DNA of 64,000 nucleotides from Cohnella sp. Lineage in GTDB: Bacteria > Bacillota > Bacilli > Paenibacillales > Paenibacillaceae. Shown in pieces: positions 18,478 through 28,148 of this stretch. The notes under the pieces were generated by a model. It ran no database searches. It saw only the letters and a program-made list of their open reading frames with translations, and was not told where the DNA came from. The stretch is from assembly GCF_041641335.1 (NCBI RefSeq), contig NZ_JBEPYQ010000023.1, forward strand, positions 6,816 to 70,815, given 5' to 3'. A program made the translations under genes and the position numbers. The stretch's first letter is position 1. Each line of letters opens with the position of its first letter.

Positions 18478-20778
18478 TCAGCCTCGGGAATTGCGGCGAA
18501 ACTCCGTGGCGCTAAGGCCGTTCGCCCTTTTGAAGGCGCGGCTGAACGAGTTGAGGGAATAGTAGCCGACCCAGGCGGAAATCTCGTTGACGGGCATCTC
18601 GCTCTCGGTCAGCATCCTCTTGGCATGACCCATGCGCACGTTCTCCAGATAGTCGGAGAAGTTCACGCCGGTCTGTTCCTTGAAGAAATAGGAGATGTAC
18701 GCTTCCGACGTATTGAAGCGGTCGGCCAAGGTGGTGAGGCTGAGATCGGTCTGCATGTAATGTTCGTCCAGGTAACGGATCAAGTCGTCCTTAAGCTGGT
18801 TGTTGTGGCTCTTCTTCCGGTCGTGCTGGCCCTGGCAGAGCAGCAGGAACCCGTCGGACAGCTGGCTGAAAGCGAGTTTCGCCGGACGGCCGGATTCGGA
18901 GGCGACCAGGGCCGAGTGGATTTTCTCGTTCTGCCGCTCCGCTTCCGTCGCGGCTTGCTCCAGGCATTTCAGCAGCGTGCCGGTCATTTCGTTAACGAGA
19001 ATTTTGCCGACGGCGACCGGCAGATTCGGTTGATCGAGATTGTTCTCGCGAATTTGGCCGAGCAGAGCTTCTGTCTCGGCGAAGCTGCCGGACTTGACCA
19101 GATTGATCAGCCGCTGCTCGACGTCGGGCGGGTAGTAGTAAGCCGGAAGGACAGGGTTGTCTTCGTCGTCTTGCGTCACGATCGTGCGCTCCTCGGACCA
19201 ACTGGCCCGCTGCAGCAGCAGACGGGCTTCCTCGTACGAGCGGCTGATCTCGGTCATCTCCAGATAGCAGCCACCGACTGCGGCGTAGGTTTGCACGTTC
19301 AGCGCGCCGAAGATGCGGTTCTGCAGTTCCTTGAGCATGCGGCGGATTTCGTCCAGATAAGCTTCCGGAGATTCCGAATCGCCGTTAAACAGCAGGCCGA
19401 TCTGATTTTCCCCGAGATCGTGGGTCGAGATCGTCTTGCCGAACCCTTTGGAGATCATGTCGCGTATGGCGATCTTGCGGAAGTCGAGCTCGGTAAGCAT
19501 CGCTTCGTTATAGGAGCCGTCATAGCCCGCGATGACCAGAATGCCGACGGAGAAGCGGCTCCCTTCCCACGATTGCCGGGAGTGCTCCATGGCGACGGCG
19601 ATGTCCTTGTTGGACAAGTAGTGTCCGCGAAGCAGACGGTCGTAAAATCCGCTGCGAATCAGCGGAACCTGCTGCTCCATCTTCTCGGACAGAAAATCGT
19701 TGCTGTGCACGAGATTGGTGACGGAGGCGCGAATCTGCTCCCAAGCGTTGCGCTGCGGGGGCGCTTCCGCGCCCGTTCGCTGGCTGGGCAGGACGCGCAG
19801 CAGCATCCAGAGAGGACGGCTGTTGCGATAGGAGAACAGCAGCGCGGCGAGCAGGCCGAAGCCGAGACCGAGCAGAATGATCGTCAGGATGAGCTGCTTG
19901 AAGTAGCGCACCTGCTGAAGGACGTACGCCTCGGGCTGCGCGGACAAATACGTCCAGCCGTTGTAGCGGGACGTCGTCTTCGTTACGAGCATGCTGCTGC
20001 CTTCGATGTCGAGCTGGGAGAAGCCGTCCGGCAAATTTTTCTCCCATCCGATGTCGATATCCGAGCCGATCCGGCTGATGATGTCGCCCTTGCCGTCGGC
20101 GATAAAGGCGAAGCCCCCGTTGCTCGAATCGAGCTTGTGCAGCAGACTGCGGATCTGATTGTCGTCGATCAGCATCAGGACGACGCCGGAGCGCTCCCGG
20201 GTTCCGAACGACTGCATGTAGGTGACGACGGAGTGGGGCTTGCCCCGATAGACGGCAGGCTGTCCGGGAAGGAACGTCTTGCGACCGGCGGCGGCCGTCA
20301 GGCTGCTTGCCCATTCTTCGTAAGATTGGTCGGCATAACGAAACTCCAAATCGTAGAACTGCCGAAGCGAATGCGAAGTGTCCGGAGAGACGACGGCTCC
20401 ACTGCGGGGATAGGCGACGTAATAGTCCAGAATAAAGTGGTTGAACAAAGGATAGTCGAACAGATCTTTGCGAAGCTCCAGAATCCGCACCGGATTCGTG
20501 CCGTAGAACGGCCTGTCCACATACTGGAAGCTTAGCGCCTTCGGGCTGCTCGACACTTGCTCGGCGATCGTCTCCAGCTCCTCGAACCGGCGGTCCATAA
20601 TTTCCTTCGTCTGCTCCATGACCGCGTAGGCCGTTTCCTTGGAGTGGTTTTCCACCAGCGCCGAGGTTCTGTCGTAGGCGTACAGCGCAACGGCCAAGAA
20701 GCCGGCCAACAGAATGCCGTACGGGACGAAGAAATGAATCCATACCTTCATGCTTCCGCGTTGCTTGTCAATGCTCAT
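18478..20778 (-). CDS. Membrane-anchored AraC-family transcriptional regulator (two TM segments, extracytoplasmic sensor, C-terminal HTH)
   Basis: 766 aa. TM segments near residues 15-35 and 295-315. C-terminal AraC HTH ...SLTTLADRFNTSEAYISYFFKEQTGVNFSDYLENVRMGHAKRML... Confidence 0.85.
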   Translation of the reverse strand: MSIDKQRGSMKVWIHFFVPYGILLAGFLAVALYAYDRTSALVENHSKETAYAVMEQTKEIMDRRFEELETIAEQVSSSPKALSFQYVDRPFYGTNPVRILELRKDLFDYPLFNHFILDYYVAYPRSGAVVSPDTSHSLRQFYDLEFRYADQSYEEWASSLTAAAGRKTFLPGQPAVYRGKPHSVVTYMQSFGTRERSGVVLMLIDDNQIRSLLHKLDSSNGGFAFIADGKGDIISRIGSDIDIGWEKNLPDGFSQLDIEGSSMLVTKTTSRYNGWTYLSAQPEAYVLQQVRYFKQLILTIILLGLGFGLLAALLFSYRNSRPLWMLLRVLPSQRTGAEAPPQRNAWEQIRASVTNLVHSNDFLSEKMEQQVPLIRSGFYDRLLRGHYLSNKDIAVAMEHSRQSWEGSRFSVGILVIAGYDGSYNEAMLTELDFRKIAIRDMISKGFGKTISTHDLGENQIGLLFNGDSESPEAYLDEIRRMLKELQNRIFGALNVQTYAAVGGCYLEMTEISRSYEEARLLLQRASWSEERTIVTQDDEDNPVLPAYYYPPDVEQRLINLVKSGSFAETEALLGQIRENNLDQPNLPVAVGKILVNEMTGTLLKCLEQAATEAERQNEKIHSALVASESGRPAKLAFSQLSDGFLLLCQGQHDRKKSHNNQLKDDLIRYLDEHYMQTDLSLTTLADRFNTSEAYISYFFKEQTGVNFSDYLENVRMGHAKRMLTESEMPVNEISAWVGYYSLNSFSRAFKRANGLSATEFRRNSRG

Positions 20779-20971
20779 GAATCGGACTCCCCCTGATGTC
20801 TTCTGTGTAAGGGTTTTCTAAAATGATAACAAATATCGCGGTCCAGCGGTATGTAAATGAGAGCTGTATTTTTCTTCCGGTCTCGGGAGCGGGAGCTGCG
20901 GTTAAATCAGGAAGGGTTGGATATATTAAAAGGAAATTCGAGCCAAGCGCCCGCGCAAGGAGGGGATGGGC

Positions 20972-22501
20972 ATGAGCGAGACGGCGAGCGAAGATAAACG
21001 CGGAGAAAATTACGTCTTTTCGGACATGCAGGAAAACATCGGCCATATTCGGCGAATGCTCGGAGATCCGGCGGACCTTGTCATTCGCATCATCAGCATC
21101 GGCGGGGGCGAGAGAAGCTGCGCGCTCGTCTTTCTCTCCGGCTTGTCGGACAAGGCGGTCATCGACGAGCAGATCGTCCGGCAGATTCTGAAAGCGGGCC
21201 GCATCGGGCAAGAGGATTCGGGCCTGGAAATTTCGGAGGTGCTGGGCGGCCTTAGGAACGAGACGATGTCGGTATCCCAGGTTCTCGAAGTCAACCTCTG
21301 GAGCGACGTCATCAAAGCGGTTCTGTACGGAGATACCGCGATGTTCCTTGAAGGAGCGGACGACGCTCTGCTGGTCGGCACCCAGAATTGGAAGGAACGG
21401 AGTATCGAAGAGCCGCCTACCGAAGCGCTGGTCCGGGGACCGAGGGAAGGGTTTACGGAGAAGATCGAGACCAATGTCGGCCTGATCCGCAGAGGCATTC
21501 GCGACATGAACTTGCGCTTCGTCTCTTATACGATCGGAAGACGATCGCGCAAAACGCTTATTTTGACGTACATCCAAGGCATTATTCATCCGGGCATCGT
21601 AGAAGAAGCGCGCAGAAGATTGGATACGATCGACATCGACGACGCTCCCGAATCGGGCTTTATCGAGCAATGGATCGAGGACAGCTTTCTGTCTCCGTTT
21701 CCGCAATTGCTGCATACGGAAAGGCCGGATAAAGTCAGGGCGGCGCTGCTGCAGGGCAAGGCGGTGATTATGCTGGAAGGGACACCGTTCGCGCTTATCC
21801 TGCCGACGACGTTCGTGGCGTTGATCCAGTCGCCGGAGGACTATTACGAACGGTGGATGATCGGTTCGTTAATCCGGCTGCTGCGCTACTTCGCGGTATT
21901 TATTGCGCTCTTCCTCCCATCCGTCTATATCGCTCTCGTATCGTTCCACCCTGGGATGATTCCGTTTAAGCTGGCCTTCTCGATCGCCGCGGCGAGGGAA
22001 GGGGTGCCCTTTCCCGCGGTCATCGAAGCCCTGCTGATGGAAGGGACGCTGGAGCTGCTGCGCGAAGCCGGCATACGACTTCCGAAACCGATCGGCCAGA
22101 CGATCGGCATCGTGGGCGGCCTCGTCATTGGAGAAGCGGCGGTTCAGGCGGGCGTCGTCAGTCCGATCATGGTCATCGTCGTCGCCATAACGGCGATCTC
22201 GTCGTTTGCCATTCCGTCCTACAGTGCGGGCATCTCCTTCCGCATGCTGCGGTTCGCGACGATGCTGGCGGCCGCGGCATTGGGGCTGTTCGGCATTATT
22301 CTGACGTTCATCATGATCAGTATTCACCTCGTCAGGCTGAAAAGCTTCGGCATGCCTTACTCCACGCCGGTCGCCCCGATGTTTACTAGCGATTGGAGAG
22401 ATTTGGTCGTTCGTTCACCCGTGACGTTTCTGACCAGAAGACCTCAATTCATGCAGACAAAGAATGCTAACCGGGCAAGCAAGAGAGGAAAGAGAACATG
22501 A
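20972..22501 (+). CDS. Spore germinant receptor A subunit (GerAA/GerKA family)
   Basis: ...LVRGPREGFTEKIETNVGLIRRGI...FIEQWIEDSFLSPFPQLLHTERPD... plus C-terminal TM helices. Confidence 0.9.
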   Translation: MSETASEDKRGENYVFSDMQENIGHIRRMLGDPADLVIRIISIGGGERSCALVFLSGLSDKAVIDEQIVRQILKAGRIGQEDSGLEISEVLGGLRNETMSVSQVLEVNLWSDVIKAVLYGDTAMFLEGADDALLVGTQNWKERSIEEPPTEALVRGPREGFTEKIETNVGLIRRGIRDMNLRFVSYTIGRRSRKTLILTYIQGIIHPGIVEEARRRLDTIDIDDAPESGFIEQWIEDSFLSPFPQLLHTERPDKVRAALLQGKAVIMLEGTPFALILPTTFVALIQSPEDYYERWMIGSLIRLLRYFAVFIALFLPSVYIALVSFHPGMIPFKLAFSIAAAREGVPFPAVIEALLMEGTLELLREAGIRLPKPIGQTIGIVGGLVIGEAAVQAGVVSPIMVIVVAITAISSFAIPSYSAGISFRMLRFATMLAAAALGLFGIILTFIMISIHLVRLKSFGMPYSTPVAPMFTSDWRDLVVRSPVTFLTRRPQFMQTKNANRASKRGKRT

Positions 22502-23613
22502 AATCGTTCGAATACGGCGACCGGGAGATCGGGACGGCCGAAGTGTTCTTCGGGGTCAGCAATATGGTGATCGGCTTCTGGATTTTGACTCTTCCGCGTT
22601 CTCTCGCTACGATTACGAATTCCTCGGACGGTTGGATGTCGATCGTGCTCGGAGGGGGAGCGTCGTTGGCTATCGGTTGGCTGATTGCCTCCTTGTGCAA
22701 GCGGTTCCCCAAGATGGGGCTTATGGAGATGACGAAGTCGGTAGCGAACCGGGCGACGGCCAATGTGGTCGCTATGTTGTTCGCCTGTTATACGTTTCTG
22801 TTCGTCAGCTACGAGACGAGAGGGCTGGCTAACATTGCCAAGCTGTATCTGTTCGATCGAACGCCCGAGGAAGCGATCTGCCTGTTTTTCCTGCTCGTGG
22901 TGGCCTACGGCGTGGCGGGATCGAGCGCGGCGCTGCTTCGTCTGAATCTGGTGTTTCTCCCCATCGTTCTGCTGATTCTGCTCCTCGTGCTGGCGATGAA
23001 CATTCCCTTTCTCAACTTAAATAATCTCAAGCCAATGTTCGTTACGGATTGGAAGGACTTGCTGAAGGGGACCAAGGACACCGTGTTTTCGTTTCTCGGC
23101 TTCGAAGTCATTCTGTTCTACAACGCCTGGATCAACCGGCCGCAGAAGGTAAGGAGAGCGGTTTTAGGGGGATTGACGATTCCTTTTACCCTCTATCTGC
23201 TCGTGTTCTTTTTCGTGATCGGAATTTTCGGCTCGGAGGTGACGAAGAACACCCTGTACCCGACAGCCGAATTGGCCAAGCAGGTGGAAATCCCGGGAGG
23301 GTTCTTCGAGAGGTTCGAATCGATCTTTTTTACGATCTGGACCATCACGTTATTCAGTACGACGGCCATGGCCTTCGATGTAACGATTATCGCCTTAAGA
23401 AGTCTGTTCCCCAAGACGAAACGAATAACATGGGTCATCGCGCTGTGTCCGATCGCCTATCTTGCCGCCATGCAGCCGCAGAGCGTTACGGAGCTCGATA
23501 TTCTCGGGAAGTGGATCAGCTACGCGGCAATCGCGATCGGCTGGGGAATTCCGTCGCTGCTGCTTGGGGCGGCGATGATGAGGGGGGTTAGAGGCAATGG
23601 GTGCGCTTCGTAG
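22498..23613 (+). CDS. Spore germinant receptor B subunit (GerAB, APC-superfamily permease)
   Basis: 371-aa polytopic ORF with an ATGA overlap onto the A subunit. Confidence 0.85.
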   Translation: MKSFEYGDREIGTAEVFFGVSNMVIGFWILTLPRSLATITNSSDGWMSIVLGGGASLAIGWLIASLCKRFPKMGLMEMTKSVANRATANVVAMLFACYTFLFVSYETRGLANIAKLYLFDRTPEEAICLFFLLVVAYGVAGSSAALLRLNLVFLPIVLLILLLVLAMNIPFLNLNNLKPMFVTDWKDLLKGTKDTVFSFLGFEVILFYNAWINRPQKVRRAVLGGLTIPFTLYLLVFFFVIGIFGSEVTKNTLYPTAELAKQVEIPGGFFERFESIFFTIWTITLFSTTAMAFDVTIIALRSLFPKTKRITWVIALCPIAYLAAMQPQSVTELDILGKWISYAAIAIGWGIPSLLLGAAMMRGVRGNGCAS

Positions 23614-24757
23614 AGGAATAGCCGCCTTGACCGTGCTGACCGTCATTTCCGGGTGCTGGGATCGGCTGGAGATCGAAGACCGGGGGTTCGTCGTCGGTTC
23701 TGCCATAGATCAAGGAGAGAACGGTACGTTCGAATTGACCTTTCAGTTGGTCGTTCCCAGCGCCATGCAGGGCACGTCGGCGGGCGGGGGGCATCCGTCG
23801 GCCATGGCATACCAGAACATCACCTCATCCGGCGCCACTCTGTTCAAGGCCGCGCGCAAGATGTCCAACGAAACGAGCCGTTCCCCCTATATGGAGCACA
23901 ATAAGATCATTATCATATCGGAGGCGCTGGCCCGGGCGGGAAAGATTCAAGAGGTGCTCGATGTGTTCATTCGCGACCATGAGATGAGAAGGGCGGCGAA
24001 GGTGATGATCTCGGCCGGTCAAGCGAAGAAGCTGCTGAACGTCAAGCCGGACATCGAGACGCTTCCCGTACAGTACATTAACTCGACTTCGGAAAATCCG
24101 CAAAAAAGCGAATCGATCGTGCCGCCGACGACCATGGGCCGCGTTCACCGTTTTTTGTTGGAGACGCACAGCTTTGCGATTCCCAGAATCGCCCAGACCG
24201 ATAACAAGATTTCTCTGAGCGGCGCGGCCGTATTCGGCAGCGATAACAGGATGAGAGGGTTTCTGAACGGAGAAGAAACCACGGGCAAAAATTTCTTCAG
24301 CGGCAGGGTAAAGGCGGGAGCGCTGGAGATTGAACTGGACGGAAAGGCCGTTGTGTACGAGATTAAGGGCGCAGACAGGACCATTCGCGCGAACGTGTCC
24401 GATCCGAGGAAGCCGGAATTCACGGTTAACGTGAACGTCGAAGGCAATGTCGGAGAATGGCATACCGATGCCGATCTTCTCGATCCTAAAGTTGTATGGG
24501 CGATAGAGAACCGGGTCAGGGAGAAGATTCAAACGATGATGTACTCGGTGCTGGAGAAGCTGCAGAAGCAATACAAGGCGGATGCGATCGGATTGAGCGA
24601 TTATTTGAACGAAAATCACTATCGCATCTGGCAAAAGATCAAAGACGATTGGGACCACGGCGAGAATTTGTTCTCGAAATGCCGCGTGATCGTAAGAGTG
24701 AACGCCAAGCTTAGAATTTTCGGCACCATCGAGCGAGTTCAACGGAAGGGGGATTAA
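23597..24757 (+). CDS. Spore germinant receptor C subunit lipoprotein (Ger(x)C family)
   Basis: Lipobox LTVISGCWDRLEIEDRGFV, the typical GerAC N-terminus. Confidence 0.85.
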   Translation: MGALRRGIAALTVLTVISGCWDRLEIEDRGFVVGSAIDQGENGTFELTFQLVVPSAMQGTSAGGGHPSAMAYQNITSSGATLFKAARKMSNETSRSPYMEHNKIIIISEALARAGKIQEVLDVFIRDHEMRRAAKVMISAGQAKKLLNVKPDIETLPVQYINSTSENPQKSESIVPPTTMGRVHRFLLETHSFAIPRIAQTDNKISLSGAAVFGSDNRMRGFLNGEETTGKNFFSGRVKAGALEIELDGKAVVYEIKGADRTIRANVSDPRKPEFTVNVNVEGNVGEWHTDADLLDPKVVWAIENRVREKIQTMMYSVLEKLQKQYKADAIGLSDYLNENHYRIWQKIKDDWDHGENLFSKCRVIVRVNAKLRIFGTIERVQRKGD

Positions 24758-24759
24758 CC

Positions 24760-24918
24760 ATGCATTCGCTGATGAAGGGATTGTCGGACCGCTTTCCTTC
24801 GATGACGGTGCTTGTCCATGCGGCTTTTGCCTGGGGTATCCCCTGGACCGTGTATAAGATTAACAAAGCTTTGCATCGGTATGGGGATCCGCCTTGGAAA
24901 AGGGAGGAAGAAGATTAG
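24760..24918 (+). CDS. Small 52-aa ORF directly after gerC, a candidate germinant-receptor accessory (D-type) subunit
   Basis: Below the ORF-track cutoff. ATG 24760 is 2 nt after the gerC stop, with GGAAGGGGG upstream. Sequence: MHSLMKGLSDRFPSMTVLVHAAFAWGIPWTVYKINKALHRYGDPPWKREEED. Confidence 0.4.
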   Translation: MHSLMKGLSDRFPSMTVLVHAAFAWGIPWTVYKINKALHRYGDPPWKREEED

Positions 24919-24968
24919 CCCGATACTATAAGAGCCCTGAACGGAATAGGATGTAAAGGAAACAACTC

Positions 24969-25523
24969 ATGAAAGCGCAATCATTGTTGACGCCCGCATC
25001 GATTCCTATGGAGGCGATAAAATTGGGTACTCGATTGTTGATCGAGCAGTTGATCAAACGGCATTATCCTCGGCTTAGATACGTTCGAGCGCATACGACC
25101 GGGAGGAATACGGCGACGCTGTACGCCTGGAACGAAGATCTGGAGCTGCCCGCAGCGGACGCCGCCGAGCTGAAGAGGTTCGCGGCCGGACATTTGGCCC
25201 CGTACGTCTGCTATCGGGTCAAGGCGTATTCGAAGCTTCAGGAAGACCTCGTGCCCCGGGAACGCGAGCTGCCGGAGCCTATCATGCAGGCGGCCACGAA
25301 CCGCATTCTAAACCCGAGCGGAATCGCAGCCGTGATGAACGGTCTGCTGGAGAAGCAGGTGCTGACCTTCCGCAAGTACGATTACTGTTCCAACACGATT
25401 CACTTTGAAGTTCGCACGGCTAAGGAGCGGTCGGAGATCGAGGAGGAGCTCGTTCAGCGCTGCTTGAGCGAATTGATTCCGCTCGGCGCTCGTTGCGAGC
25501 TTGTCTACTGCGCGGAAGAATAG
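24969..25523 (+). CDS. Hypothetical protein
   Basis: 184-aa ORF with ordinary composition. No family recognised. Confidence 0.5.
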   Translation: MKAQSLLTPASIPMEAIKLGTRLLIEQLIKRHYPRLRYVRAHTTGRNTATLYAWNEDLELPAADAAELKRFAAGHLAPYVCYRVKAYSKLQEDLVPRERELPEPIMQAATNRILNPSGIAAVMNGLLEKQVLTFRKYDYCSNTIHFEVRTAKERSEIEEELVQRCLSELIPLGARCELVYCAEE

Positions 25524-25618
25524 TTAAGCCCGAAGCGGCCGGATCTAGCTCCGATATGCCAGACTTCGATTGGTTGCAATCAAGCGGCTTTCATCGCACC
25601 GCATTTGCTTTACTGTTA

Positions 25619-25660
25619 GCCCCCTAATGGAAGCCGTTCCTTGGGTTTCCATTAGGGGGC
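25619..25660. terminator. Strong hairpin between convergent genes
   Basis: GCCCCCTAATGGAA-(14 nt)-TTCCATTAGGGGGC, a 14-bp perfect stem. Confidence 0.6.
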
Positions 25661-25779
25661 ACCTGTATTGTCTTATTGTCTCTTCCGATAATAAAAATAC
25701 GCTAAATCTCAATGGGAGGCTTACACTCCCTAGCGACAACCCTGTGAACTGTAAACGACAGCTCTACATAATCGATCTT

Positions 25780-26397
25780 TTAATAGGTCATTGTTATTTT
25801 TTTTGCAGTAAATGCAGCAGCGGATTTATTCCAGATATAAAAATATCCTTCCACATCATTTTGGGGTGTGAATGGTGCATTTATTCCGGCTGCTTCACCG
25901 TCCCAGAACATTTCGATTACATTATAATTTTTATCCATAAATCCAACTTCATAGTGCTGATTTGAGTCTAGCTCAAACTTGAATCGTGCCGTTACGCCTT
26001 TTCTAATGATCCACGCATCACCATTTGTTTGAGTAAATTTTGTTCTTGTATTATAGGCAATAGATACATTTCCAAAACTAATTTCTGCCATTGGCGAGAT
26101 CACTATCGGAGGACCTAGTGCCTGAATACTTCTTACGTTGTTTTCATCAAATTTACTAACAGATGGTAGAAATTCAATACTGTTATTCGTTTTCAGTAGC
26201 GTTTTTGTTCCACTCGCCGATGCATCAGCGGGAGCTGCTAAAGAACCTAAATTGCCATTCTCTGTGCTTGATCCGACTGGCTTAGCTACAACTTCGTTTT
26301 CTGGTACTTTACTACCTACGGAAGCGTATGCTGCAGTTGTAGCTAAGACGACTGTGATTGCTAATGCTAAAACTACGGTTAAATGCTTTTTTTTCAT
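25780..26397 (-). CDS. Secreted hypothetical protein in the AT-rich islet
   Basis: 205 aa with signal peptide MKKKHLTVVLALAITVVLATTAAYA. Codon usage is visibly AT-rich compared with neighbouring genes. Confidence 0.6.
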   Translation of the reverse strand: MKKKHLTVVLALAITVVLATTAAYASVGSKVPENEVVAKPVGSSTENGNLGSLAAPADASASGTKTLLKTNNSIEFLPSVSKFDENNVRSIQALGPPIVISPMAEISFGNVSIAYNTRTKFTQTNGDAWIIRKGVTARFKFELDSNQHYEVGFMDKNYNVIEMFWDGEAAGINAPFTPQNDVEGYFYIWNKSAAAFTAKKITMTY

Positions 26398-26502
26398 TTA
26401 AAACCCTTCCTCTCTGATACATATTATTTTCTATCATAGTATAAGACAATTTGAAAAGGAAAATGTTGCATTTTATTTGTTTTATTTTTCTAGATTTACT
26501 AA

Positions 26503-27486
26503 TTGAAACTTCGCGACGAGCAAATGACGATGTGGGACGCCATTCTTCCGGAAGCTGTCCGCAAGTTGCCCACCGAGCTTGCGATCATCGACGAGCTGCT
26601 GGACGACGAGCGTTTTCTCCAGCCGTTCGTCCAGTTGCACCCGAAGGGCAAGAAGAGCGGCCGTCCCACGCTTGCTGTCGAAAAGTACATTCGACTCATG
26701 GTACTTAAACACAAATACAATCTGGGCTACGAGTCGCTTGTGAAGGAAGTTGGCGACAGCATCACCTGGCGGATCTTCTGCCGAATTGCCATCGATGAGA
26801 AGATGCTGGATCCTTCCACGCTCATCTATGCCCGCAAACGTTACGGCGATAAAATCGTCGAAGACATCAACGCTGCGCTAGTGAAACAGTGCGAAGAAAA
26901 AGCGATTCTGAAAACCCGTAAATTCCGTACCGACACGACCGTTGTAGAATCTGATATTCATCATCCCACAGATGCTACGCTGCTGCAGGATGGTGTAAAG
27001 GTCATGACCCGGTTGATGAAGAAAATCCGAAAGGTCGCATCTCACGCCGTGCAAGGCTTTGAAGATCGCACAGCTGAAGTGAAAGAAAAGATTCTATCCA
27101 TCGCCAAAGTTCTGCGCCGCCGCGCGCGAGAATCACGGGAAGAAGTCGACAAGATCACGCAAAGCGTAATCGAAGTAACCGACAGCGTCGTGAACCATGC
27201 ACAAACCGTTATTGAAAAGCTGCAGACAAAGGCAGCCGACTTCCTCGGCGATGGTGACCGATCTCTGCTCAATGTCTCTCGTCGCCACGGCCGGATTGTT
27301 CTGGCTGGGCATCCATGCGGGCTGGGATTGATCGGCATTTATTGTTGCATGATTACGGACAAATGGGTCCGCGGCATTCTCGTGCTTCGGCGGCGGAAGG
27401 GGCAGAAATATTTGCGTAGGGCCGAGGCGTCGTACCCGTCGTCCGACAGTCGGGGAATCGCTGCGGAGACGAGATTGTCCGTATAA
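26503..27486 (+). pseudogene. 3'-truncated DDE transposase (DUF772 N-terminal domain, IS5/ISNCY-like)
   Basis: ...SGRPTLAVEKYIRLMVLKHKYNLGYESLVKEV... and ...RTDTTVVESDIHHPTDATLL... (first catalytic D region). After about residue 245 (about nt 27240) the ORF runs into GC-rich, non-protein-like sequence, and the second D and the E are missing. Confidence 0.65.
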
Positions 27487-27567
27487 ACCGTCGATGTGGG
27501 CCTTCATTCAATCTTCATAAAACCTTCATCGGAAGTTCATGTTGAAACTTCTTTTCCGTGCTAGAAT

Positions 27568-27596
27568 TAATTTATATTTAGATTAAGTATAAATTA
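27568..27596 (+). promoter_or_regulatory. Inverted repeat upstream of dps (candidate PerR/Fur-type box)
   Basis: TAATTTATA-(11 nt)-TATAAATTA, about 20 nt upstream of the dps start. Confidence 0.35.
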
Positions 27597-27615
27597 AATA
27601 ACAGGAGGAATTCTC

Positions 27616-28083
27616 ATGAGCACGAATACGAATACGAACGCAAACACCACGACCGTGAGTGCCGTATTGAACCAGCAGATCGCGAACTGGACTGTCCTTC
27701 ATATGAAGCTTCACAACTTTCACTGGTATGTGAAAGGGCCGCAATTTTTCACGCTGCATGCCAAGTTCGAAGAGCTGTACACGGAAGCGGCCGCCAACGT
27801 CGACGTGCTGGCGGAGAGGCTGCTGGCGATCGGCGGCAGGCCGGTGGCGACGCTGACCGACAGCCTGCGTCTGTCGAGCGTCCGCGAAGCGGGCGGCGAC
27901 GAGACGGCCGAGAGAATGGCGACGACCGTGGCGGAGGACTTCGCCCAATTGGCCGGAGAGCTGAGACAAGGCATCAAAATCGCCGAGTCGTTCGACGACG
28001 AGGATACGGCGGACTTGCTGCTCGGCATGAAAACGAACTTGGAGAAACACGCCTGGATGCTTAACGCGTTCGCCGGACGCTGA
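27616..28083 (+). CDS. dps: Dps (DNA protection during starvation, ferritin-like)
   Basis: ...LHMKLHNFHWYVKGPQFFTLHAKFEELY...AERLLAIGG.P... Confidence 0.9.
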   Translation: MSTNTNTNANTTTVSAVLNQQIANWTVLHMKLHNFHWYVKGPQFFTLHAKFEELYTEAAANVDVLAERLLAIGGRPVATLTDSLRLSSVREAGGDETAERMATTVAEDFAQLAGELRQGIKIAESFDDEDTADLLLGMKTNLEKHAWMLNAFAGR

Positions 28084-28148
28084 CTCCGGGATCGAGTTGC
28101 GAAGCGCGGAGGACCGAATGTACAATAGACGGATAGGAGGTGAGTTCC

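Noticed and set aside
27133-27507. 124-aa minus-strand ORF overlapping the transposase 3' region
   Set aside because: No recognisable family, and its C-terminal half is antisense to the transposase remnant. At most its first roughly 70 codons are a stump of a disrupted host gene. Not enough support to call it a CDS.
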